From Antedon mediterranea (Eukaryota; Animalia; Echinodermata), in NCBI RefSeq assembly GCF_964355755.1, contig NC_092679.1:14429432-14493431 (forward strand): a stretch of 64,000 nt of DNA. The letters are read 5' to 3'. Below, piece by piece: positions 40,156-51,124 of this stretch. Numbering within the stretch: position 1 is the first letter of the stretch; every line of letters starts with the position of its first letter. The position numbers and the translations under genes are program-made. The notes beneath the pieces are model-generated. The model had not been told where the DNA came from and made no database searches. It was given only the letters and a program-made list of their open reading frames with translations.

Positions 40156-43100
40156 GATATTATAACATCTCGCATCTGCGAAGATATGGAACTAATCGAT
40201 ATAGACCGAACTCACCGACTTGGACGGAAGAAAGTACTCCATAACAACAAAACACGCAGCAGTTCTAAACCGAGGCCTCGTCCGATTATCGTAACATTTT
40301 CCACATACCGCGCACGAGCAGAAGTGTTTCGCAACAAGAAATTGCTTAAAAATTCTTCTTACTCTATAACCGAGAACTTAACACCTTCTCGCATGACCCT
40401 CCTGCGCGAAGCGGGCGCACATGCCGCTGTGGAAGCCGCGTGGTCGCTCGATGGACGGATCAACTGCCTTCTGCACAACAAGAAGAAGATTGTCATTAGG
40501 TCTACATCCGACCTCCGTAATCTCTAGATGTAATTAAAACATCAACTATCAATTAATATTGCTTGTATGTTCCGCTGTGCGGATTCAGCTACAGTAAACC
40601 TTGATTGTTCCTGTCTGATCCCAAAATTATTTATATTACATATTACTCCTGCTGTTGTCGTTTATCGTCATCATCATCTTTTATTATTATTATTATTAAT
40701 GTTATTATTATTATTGTTGTTATTTTTATTATTATTATCGTTATATTATTATTGTTGTCACGAGTGTTAAATAAATACACTTGTATTTATTTATTTATTT
40801 ATCTATTTAAGAAAAAAACAACAACTCTATTACAATTGGCCTACCTCACTTGTGTTGTTTATCTGCTACTTGCAAGTACAATGGTAACTCGCTATCAATT
40901 TAAGTAGTATACGTAATCATAATTACATGGTACATAGTACCTTACACATTATTACAAAATTAACATTCCTCGACTTGCAACTATTATTACTACCGGTATT
41001 ATTTACTATTTATTATCTATTATAATAATACGATATATGAAATAGAAATTATATATAATATATATGTATAATTTTATAAACGACAGTGTTCATTTGACTG
41101 GATTATACCAATTTCACCCACTGTCCAAAAATGCATTTTACGAGTCAATGCGTTGCGATTTTTGAAATTATTATTTAATCAAAATTTATCTTACTTATCA
41201 CGTCACTGTAACCTACTTCTACGTAAATTTGTTCTATGTTGTGTGTGTACTGTAATAAGTGTATAAGGACAAACACATATACAAGCTGTTCTATTTGTAA
41301 CAAGCCATCCCATACAAATTGCGCCCCTCCATCTGTGAACTTTTATTGCCTAAAATGCCTTGCCGACTCTCTTCCTTTCAATCATATAACAAATGATGAT
41401 GAATTCAAATACGAAATAAATCAACTTAACAATGATCATACTATAAGCTTTCATGAACTCCAAAATTTAAAAATTAATCCCTTTGAAATAAATGATAAAA
41501 CTGACAAAAATAATGATAATATAGGCCTAACTAATAAAAATGACAAATGCGAATGCTACTTAAGTGATACATTTAATAACAAAATCAGTAACAAAAACAC
41601 AATGCTAAGCATAATCCATATGAATTCCCGTAGCCTGGTCAAAAATTTCAATTCTATAACAAATTATCTTCTCACCCTAAACCATAAATTTTCCATTTTA
41701 GGCTTCAGTGAAACTTGGTTTGACCAAAACAATTCCCCTCCTCCTCTTACACATATTGATGGATATACATTGGTACAATGAAAAGGTGGAGGGGTCGCCC
41801 TCTATATTTCAAATGATTTAAACTTTAAAATTAGAACCGACATCAATTTACCGTCCAATCCAACATATGAATCCCTCTTTATCGAAGTTGAAAATGAAAT
41901 TAAAAAATAGCATAGTAGGTATTATATACAGACCACCCAATAGTTCCACCCATCCCTTTTTAAACAACCTCTCAACATGCATTGACATGGCGTCACGTGA
42001 AAAAAAACACTCGTTTGTTTGTGGCGACTTTAACCTTGACCTTCTCAAACATACAACACATAGTCCCACTAATGAATTTTTAAACATCATGTACTCTGCA
42101 TCCTTTTACCCTCTCATTGATAAACCCACCCGAATTACTACCAAATCCTCTACCCTTATTGATAACATATTTTCCAACGTTCTTGACCATAAACTTACTC
42201 CAGGTATACTATACAACGACATCACCGATCACTTCCCAATATTCCAAATACCAAATAATCCCAATGGTAACTCTCATACTCGTCAGATACAAATTAAAAA
42301 TACGTACTCCACAAGAAAAATTAATTCTAAAACAATTGCATCATTAGGTGTCAATTTAATCAACACAAACTGGAATGAGGTATATGAAAACAACTCTGCG
42401 GAGGAATCATATAAATCATTCCATGATAAATTTTCTTTATTATACAATACTAATATTCCAAGGACAAAAATTAAAATAAATAAACGCAAACTAAACAAAC
42501 CTTGGATAACAAATGGAATAATAAAATCTATAAATACTCGAAATAAACTATATAAAAAATACATAAATTCACCTACCCAAATCAATAAAACCAACTATAT
42601 AACATTCAGAAATAAACTTACCCATCTGATTAGAATTTCAAGTAAACAACATTTTACAAATAAATTTGATAATTACAAAAACAACATAAAAAAAACATGG
42701 CAAACAATCAATAATATCTTAGGGAAAAACATCCAAAAGACAACAGCCACATTTTTTCTAAATGACGACATTAAATTAACTGATCCCATTGAAATTGCTA
42801 CCAAATTTAATCAATATTTTACTGAAATTGGCCCCAAGCTTGCTTCAAAAATCCAATCCAACGGTGGAAATTTCTCTGACTTTCTCAACAACCCCACCAA
42901 AGACTCTATCTTCTTCTCCCCCACCTCTAGCAAAGAAATTCTCGACATCACATCAAAATTTAAAAACGGCAAAAGCTCTGGGCCGGATGACATTGACCCT
43001 AAGGTCTTAAAAGATATTGCACCATTTATTGCCGGTCCCCTTACTCATATTTTTAATCTTTCTCTTTCTACTGGTATTTTTCCTTCCTCCCTAAAAACTG

Positions 43101-44833
43101 CTAAAGTAATCCCCGTTTTCAAAAAGAACGACCCACATTCCTTCTCAAACTATCGACCTATCTCTCTCATACCTTGCTTTTCTAAAATACTAGAACGCAT
43201 TATCTATGACAGACTTTATCATTTCTTCTCTACCCATAACATTCTTCAAAACAACCAGTATGGCTTCCGCTTACAACACTCCACTGATCTCGCACTTCTT
43301 GACATCCAAAATAAAATTTCTGTCGCACTATCAAATAAACATCACACCATTGGCCTATTCCTCGACCTATCCAAAGCTTTTGACACTATTGACCATTCAA
43401 TCCTCTTATCTAAACTTAACCACTATGGCATCCGTGGAATTCCTTTATCCCTAATTACTAACTACCTTCAAGACAGAATGCAATTCACTTCTTTTAATTC
43501 TCACTCCTCTGACATCCTTCCTGTTAAATGTGGCGTTCCTCAAGGTTCTATTCTTGGTCCCCTTCTCTTCCTAATCTACATAAATGATCTGATTTATGCC
43601 TCAAACTATTTCTCTTATGTTCTATTTGCAGATGACACTAATATCTTTCTCTCCAGCCCAGATCCTAACACTTTAATTCAAACTTTCAACCGAGAAATCC
43701 GAAACGTTTCAAACTGGTTTAAAATCAACAAGCTTTCACTAAACATCAGCAAAACAAATTACATTCACTTTTCCGGAAATAAAAACAATAATAATGCTAC
43801 AAATACAAATATCTATATCGATAATATACCCATCAAACCAGTCGACCACACCCATTTTCTTGGTGTAATTATTGATAATAAACTGAACTGGAATCTCCAT
43901 ATTAATAACATATCAAACAAAATTTCAAGAACTATTGGCATACTAAATAAACTTAAATTCACTCTTCCGTCTAACATCCTTTTTTCTTTATATAATACTC
44001 TAATACTTCCACATCTCTCTTACTGCAACATTGCATGGGCAGCCACTAACTCAAAACATCGAACTCTCTGTCCATGGACCAGCACGGAAACAACCAAAAT
44101 AGACAAACTTTTCAAACTCCAAAAAAAGGCCCTTCGCATTTGCACTCTCTCAAAATACCTCTCCCACTCTAAACCTCTTTTTCACACCCTAAATACCCTA
44201 AACATTTTTGACATTAATAAATTGCAAACTGCCCTCTTCATGTTTAGGTACTCAAATAACAAACTACCATCCACTTTCAACGGTTTCTTCACTAAAAATA
44301 ACGAACTACACAAATATAACACTAGGAACGCAAACAACTACATTTCCAAAAACTATAGCAGTAAGCAAATACTTAACTCTATACTACATACCGGTCCCCT
44401 ACTCTGGAACTCTCTTAATCCGTCAATAACTAATAGCAAAACAAATAATACTCTAAAACTAAACTACAAATCTTATCTAATATCAAAATATAAAGTAAAT
44501 TAATTATTTTGATCATATTAATAACTTATAATTAAATTTAATTAGGCAAATCATATAAATACAGTTTGTCCTTCCTGTCGTCCTTGTCGTGTTTGTATCG
44601 TCGTACATGTCCGTCTCTGTCTGTCAGTAGCGTACCATCACTTTGCTTATTATTATCATTTTTAACTTTTTTATTCTTTCTGGTGGATCCAGGCTTAAAG
44701 CCCCTTGGGGTTTAAATGGTATTCTCCAGGCATAATGCAACTATTATTTACTTAATTTCCAACCACTTGTATCTTTTATATTTTGTATATGTTTGCATTA
44801 TGTGAATAAATTTGAACTTGAACTTGAACTTGA
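40156..44833 (+). mobile_element. CR1-group (Crack/Daphne-like) LINE, truncated within ORF1
   Basis: ORF1 C-terminus (IDRTHRLG..RPIIVTF..ITENLT), ORF2 PHD-APE-RT, 3' hairpin near 44680-44730, aataaa-(ttgaac)3 tail; sits in an intron of gene copy B. Confidence 0.92.
41236..44503 (+). pseudogene. LINE ORF2: N-terminal PHD-like finger, AP endonuclease, reverse transcriptase (disrupted near 41780-41900)
   Basis: CxxC..CxxC..HxxC..CxxC; SETW, GDFN, TDHFP; GVPQGSILGP, FADDT. Confidence 0.92.
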
Positions 44834-44842
44834 TGTTAGACC

Positions 44843-44924
44843 CTGACCATTGTGCTCTGTTTCTGTTCTGTTCTGTATCTATGTTTTGGTCGAATAAATA
44901 AGAAAAAAAGAAGAAACAAAGAAT
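44843..44924 (+). mobile_element. short 3'-terminal fragment of another non-LTR element
   Basis: absent from the copy A intron; gacca...tggtc stem followed by aataaa and an A-rich tail. Confidence 0.45.
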
Positions 44925-45215
44925 GAAATAAACAATATCTTAAATAAGGCACCTCATACCTTCTTGGACCATCTTTCCGTCGTCGTCCTCTACGTCCGAC
45001 CACAAACTGTTCCTGTCGTCAGAGTTATCTTCTGGGATATTGAGCTCATCGTCGTTGTTTAGAAGTTCTACAATGGGCTGATCTCTATTGAATTCAAAAT
45101 TAAATGAAATTCATATATAAATCATACATATCATATATAAATAGAATAATAGACCAAAATTCAAACATTTTGAAATGTTTTTTTTTTTTCGCTTATTATT
45201 TAATTAATGATATAT

Positions 45216-45523
45216 TGTTGTAAAACGGCCGAGATTATAATACAACTAGCAGAAAGTAGTGTAGCTTACCTGTCGTTGTGGACTGGTCTCCTGGGAGTTC
45301 ATAGCCCAGCAATTGCCAATAGTAAATACTACAATCCTTATGTGGTATCTGGGTATCACACACGGTAGACACTCAGTCTAATATTCCGATGAGCGGTGTC
45401 TGTTCTCCGTGTATATGCTATTCCGTCTAAACCTCACGAGAGCGCTGGTCTCTTCAGGACGGCACACATGACCTCTGGTCACTCGGTGGACTGAACCATT
45501 AAGCGGAGGGGTATTTCACTACA
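45216..45523 (-). repeat. 3' LTR
   Basis: 308 bp, 3 mismatches seen versus 61759-62066. Confidence 0.97.
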
Positions 45524-45533
45524 CTTCCCCCGA
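45524..45533 (-). other. polypurine tract
   Basis: gggggaag immediately before the 3' LTR on the minus strand. Confidence 0.8.
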
Positions 45534-45698
45534 TTTTATAAGGCCAGGGCCGGTGCTCGGATGGTCATGCTGTAAAATAAAACAATAACTTCTGGTTAAC
45601 GCTAGAATAACCGAACCCGGTGCATCTTCTAGCACATTACAAAAAATAACATAATAGAATAACTTAAAACTTCTGGTAGGCCGCCGGAATGGTCGGCT

Positions 45699-47376
45699 CT
45701 ACACCATAAGGAACAGATCTCGGCCGTTCTTCCGGGTCAAGTCTAGCACTTGCTCGGCGTCCTGGCCCAAGATCCTTCCAACTTTCCAACTGCCTCTGCG
45801 GTGGGATGGAGCAGATGTGGTGCACCCACTCGTTGCCCCGGGGGAGCAAAGTGGGGCCCATCTGATTCCAGTAACAGGCGACGGTCATCCGTGCGGAAGA
45901 TGTTGTGTCTGCACGCTTCCTTTTGCTCTTCGTTGAAGCTCTCCACCGACCGTGTAAAGCTGAAATAGGTCAGGGGGAAAACACTCCTAAACCTATCCGC
46001 CATTAGCACAGTCGATGAGAAATTATGCAGTAGAATGCGTACGCATCTCTTGGAACCCGTGCTATCTGCAAGATGTTGAGGCAGTTCTGATAACACGTCT
46101 CCGCCGTCGCGTCGTTGCGGCTGCCTCTTTGGTGCAGGCAAATCGCCAGATGGTGTCGAGGTGAGAAAGCCTGTGCCAGGAGGCAACGCAGCATCTCTTC
46201 CTGCCTAAACCAGTCAGCTACCGGAGCGGAGTGGTTCAAGCCAATCTCCCCGAGCACCCGGGCAGCGCCGGAGCGCACCAAGGCTTTCAGTCGGGAGAGT
46301 TGACCCGGCGAGACGTCCTTCTTGGGGTGCACCCCGACCCCCACCTCATACTCCTCTCGCCGAAGAAGGCGATGAATCTCCTCCGCTGAAGGGTAAGAGG
46401 GAGGATCGCAAAATATGGCGACACCCCCGACAGGTCTTACCGGCTTCGTCTGGGCTCCAGCTGGTTCAGCTAGCAAGGTCTCCATCAGTGTGGCTCGCGG
46501 AGACAGCCTCAGAAAAGAGCGCAAACGGTCCGGGTGGAAGTGGGCGTCGAACGCTCTTATCGTGGTCCGCACCATCTTCTTCTCCCGCCTGGAGGGGGTC
46601 GGTGACCCGAGCCTCCTCTTGCGTTTTACGTTCTTACGTCTGGTGGCTGGTGGCTGGGCGCGGCCAGTCTCGGCCTCAGCTTCGGCGGCGGAAGGCTGGG
46701 CGAGGGGATTCTTGGCCTCAGCTTCGGCGGCTAGCTGGCTCATCTTGGTGATATCCATCCGCTGGGCCATCGCTACCATGTAGCGCCAGTGGATTAGGGC
46801 CGCTGGATGGTTGAGTGGCACAATGTTAAATCCTTCAGGTGGCTCACCTCCGATCGCCGCTTGTAGCTCGGAAATCATCTCCAGTGTCCTCTGGTCGATG
46901 ACGCCTACATGCGGACCAACAGCCCTCTCAGCATTCAGCTGGGTGACCAGGTCGTCCAAAGTGGACTCCGGCGGCCTACCCAATATTTCGACGGCGTACT
47001 TCCGCAGCAGGCAGAGTTTGGTCTGTGTTTTCTGCGGAGTCGACGGTAATTTAAAACATGAGGGGAGGTGGTGGGACCACACGTGCCTCCTCATGTTGTG
47101 CACAGCCTCGAATTTACATCCTGGAAACCCGCACGGGTTTTTACGCCGTGGGCGCGAATCCTCGGTCGGCGCGCTGGATGGTGGTGGTTCTGGCGTTGAC
47201 TCGAGGGCAGTATCTACACCGGTCACGTCTCCACTGACCTCCGCCGTTGGTGCTGGGGTAGGTTCAGATACGAGTAGTCGTCGCCGGGTTTCCTCCTGCT
47301 CCTCTCCCGACAGTGCACGCCACCGTCCATCGACTTGCCGTTGTGTTAACCGGATGTCGGTTGCGCCGAAAACAAC
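45699..47376 (-). pseudogene. env-position ORF: C2H2-like finger + basic NLS-like patch + TatD-family metal-dependent nuclease (two frameshifts)
   Basis: FDAHFH, GVHP, GEIGL, LHQR, LHNF, LLESDGP and terminal EQVLDLTRKNGRDLF motifs in TatD order; frame opens exactly at splice acceptor 47377. Confidence 0.85.
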
Positions 47377-47444
47377 CTATGGAGATACAAAAACACAAAG
47401 ATAATTAAATAACGGTACCCTACAATCGCTTCAGCTTGGACTAC

Positions 47445-47873
47445 TCAGTCTCTGCAGTTAGCGCATTTGTAGCGGTCGATATTCAGAGCGTCTAAAGGTG
47501 AGACATTCACGCAGGCGCCATGGTACCAAACGTCGCAGTAGTCGCACTGAATCATGAATGACCCAGCCCAGGGTCTTCGGCAGGAACAGTATAGCGTTCC
47601 AGGCGCATCGTCGACATTCTCATCGCTCGGATCTGAAAGAGATAAATGATAGTTAGCTATCCACCCCGGGAGCTGCCGGTCGTGACAGGGCTTGAGCTTG
47701 TCGTGGTTCAAAACCATCACCTTGTTCCTCAGCTTGACCCGGAACAGTCCCGGAGAGATAACTTGGATGATGATGCCGGGTCCCTTCCAAGGAGGACACA
47801 GCTTCTTACATTTACCCTTCGGTTGGCTATTATCTAGCACATATACCTTATCCCCACGGTTGTAGGGGCGTTG
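47445..47873 (-). pseudogene. Gypsy integrase C-terminus with GPY/F motif and PHD finger
   Basis: continues MKRDYDLRVL|QRPYNRGDKVYVLD across the LINE insertions; PWKGP; YCSCRRPW..FMIQCDYCDVWYHGAC..YKCANC. Confidence 0.92.
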
Positions 47874-50800
47874 TCATCTCCCATTCCATGATTTTACTAT
47901 AGATTCTGATACTATTAACCATAGTGATATATCTAACATTATTATAAACCCTCATACTGAATATGATAAATTTGATGAACATTCCGAGCCTCTTGCCAAC
48001 CAATTAAATTCTAGAAATTCGACACTCGAGGATTGTATATACTATGACACTAATCATTTTAATACCACTTTTAGAAATGTTTCAAATTCCCTAATTTCTC
48101 TCTTTCATGTTAATATTAGAAGCGTTATAAATAAAACTGATTCCCTTGAACAATTTTTAAATTCAATTAATTTAACATTTTCTATTATTGGTCTCTCTGA
48201 GACCTGGTTAAATGACACGTCACCTACTCCCTTCTTGCATAATTATTCATTTATATTTCAAAATAGGCAGTCTGGTAAAGGTGGTGGCGTAGCTTTTTTC
48301 GTAAAAAAACGATCTTAATGTTAGAGTCCGTCTTGATCTATCGATTTCTCAACCATATGATTCCCTTTTTCTAGAAATAGTACATCCTAATAAAAAAAAT
48401 ACAATCGTTGGTGTAATTTACCGTCCTCCAGATGGTAATATTGATCATTTCTCCAAATCCTTCGATGAACTCTTAAATAAAATAAATTCTGAACATAAAC
48501 CCTGTCATATCATGGGCGATATAAATATTGATATCATAAAATATCAAAATCATATTCAAACTAATAATTATAGCCTATTGATATGTTACTTTTTCGCTCA
48601 TTTAATCCAACAATTTCAAAACCTACTCGAATCACACCGACTACCGCCACCTTGATTGACCATTTTTACACCAATATTATTGATACAAAAATACATTCTG
48701 GTGTATTTTTTTTTATATATCCGACCACCTTCCTATCTTTCATATAGTAGATGAAAAATTATACCATACTGACACCGACAATGTACCATCTCGTATAATA
48801 GATATTGATGCTTTGTGTGGTGATTTGGTTGAGGAAAATTGGTCAGAGGTTTACGATTGTGACCAACCCGTATCTTTTGATAAATTTCTTTACACATTCT
48901 ATAAAATTCATAATAAACATATTAAAAATAAATATAATGTATCAAATAAAATGAAAGCAAAATAGTCTTGGATGACACCTGGCTTAATTAAAAGTAGCAA
49001 AAAGAAACAAAAACTTTATAAAAAATATATTTATTCTCATGATATTCAACATAAAAGTATACTAAACTCTGTCGAACCGCCAAAAGAATGCATTATATAT
49101 CAAAATTATTAAGACCAGAAAATCGAAACAATTTCCCATCCCTCATAAATAACGGTTTTGAAACAATTACATCAACTAAAGAAATATGCGATTCATTTAA
49201 TAATTACTTTTCAACAATTGGTTCAAATTTAAATAATTCTATGCCTGACCCTCATATTGACCCAATCTCATATTTACCTAATCCAATTTCTCAATCCTTT
49301 TTTATAAATCCTGTTACAAAAGAAGAAATAATAATTATTGTCAACAATTTAAATCCTAATAAAGGATCTGGTGACGATAATATCACTTCACGCACAATCA
49401 AACAAATACTACCGTACATAATTGACCACCTTACCTTCTCTATAAATTGTTATTCTCATCTGGTGTATTTCCAAATTTATTAAGAATAGCTAAAGTTTTC
49501 CCAATCTTTAAGAAAGGTGACAAGGGTCAAGTTAAAAATTACAGGCCTATCTCCCTTCTTAGTGCTTTTTCTAAGATCTTAGAAAAACTCATGCACCACC
49601 AGCGACTCTATGATTACCTTACTAAATTCAACATTCTTTATACTCACCAATATGGCTTCCGTCATAACCATTCCACATCCCATGCAATTCTGGATCTTGT
49701 TAACAACATCACCTCATCTCTTGACAATAAACAATTTTTACTCTCCGTTTTTATAGACTTTTCAAAAGCGTTTGATGTCATCAATCATAAAATTCTTCTT
49801 GTTAAAATATTTAATTATGGCATTAGAGGAATTGCATTAAACTGGTTTGAAAGTTATTTAGTAAACCGTAAATAGTATGTTGCGTTAGGCTCATTTAAAT
49901 CATCAGTGGAGGCTGTAAATTGCGGAGTGCCTCAAGGGTCGGTTTTAGGACCACTACTATTTTTAATTTATGTAAATGATCTTTCTAGATCAAGTCACAC
50001 TCTGAAAGTCATATCCTTTGCTGATGATACTACGATTTTGTATTCTCATTCTGATATCAATGTCTTATATAACACCGTCAACACTGAACTAAATAAAATG
50101 ACTGACTGGTTCATCTCAAATAAGCTTATTGTTAATGTACAGAAAACTAATTACATTTTATTTCGTACTCAACAAAGACAAATTGATTTCTCTAATCTTA
50201 ATATTTACATTAACAATAATATTATTGAACGTAAACCCGAAGTATTATTCCTCGGAGTTTATTTACATGAATACTTGAGATGGACCAGTCATCAAGCGTA
50301 TGTATCTAAAAGATATCTAAAGTAATTGGCATCCTTTGTAAATTAAGACATTTTTTTCCACAACATATCTTACTCTTGTTATATAACACCCTTATACAAT
50401 GTCATCTTTATTTCAACATTATTTGGGCAGCCGACTACCCATCAAATTTAGAAAAACTTAATAAACAAATTAAACGTGCTGCCCGTATTATTACTTTCTC
50501 TCACAATCCCGCCCCTTCCCAACCTTTACTTAAAAAACTCAATATTCTTAGTCTACATGATCTATTTACAACACAAATTGCTTCCTTTATTTTTCAATTC
50601 TTTAATACCAAACTCCCTGTGACAATGTCTAATCTATTAAGTCATCATACAAAATCACACAAGTACAATTTACGTATCGACAATAAATTTCAGCATCTTG
50701 ATGTACCTCCTTTTAGACTGAAAATTTCCGAATATTTTATTTCTGTTTCAGGACCGCGAATCTGGAATGATCTTGATGACAAACTAAAGCATTTTAAATC

Positions 50801-51124
50801 TCTTTATACTTTTCGTAAAAATTTAAAAAAATATCTTATTTCTTTATACTAATTTTAATATTATTATGATTGTAGTACACTGGAAGTATCTATTTCTATT
50901 TCATCGTTTTTGTTTTTATTTATTACTTTATATAGTAAATTGTATTAGTTTAAATGTATGTGTATTGTTTCTGGGGTCTTTCTCGAGACAAGAAACTTGA
51001 TTTCTTCTAGAGAAGACCCCAAATGATGGCTTATTACTAATGTTTTCATTTATGTACACATCTATATATTATACTGTATAATGCCATTGTTGAACAAATA
51101 AATGTTTTTTGAACTTGAACGTGA
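47874..51124 (+). mobile_element. 5'-truncated, decayed CR1-group LINE nested in Gypsy integrase
   Basis: APE (SETW, YRPP) and RT (GVPQGSVLGP, FADDT) fragments; 3' hairpin ggggtctt...aagacccc near 50973-51020; ttgaac tail. Confidence 0.92.

Noticed and set aside
46003-47226. env gene
   Set aside because: No signal peptide or transmembrane anchor; TatD motifs instead
45750-47404. Plus-strand ORFs (e.g. 46811-47404, 197 aa)
   Set aside because: Antisense shadows of a GC-rich coding region with no motifs
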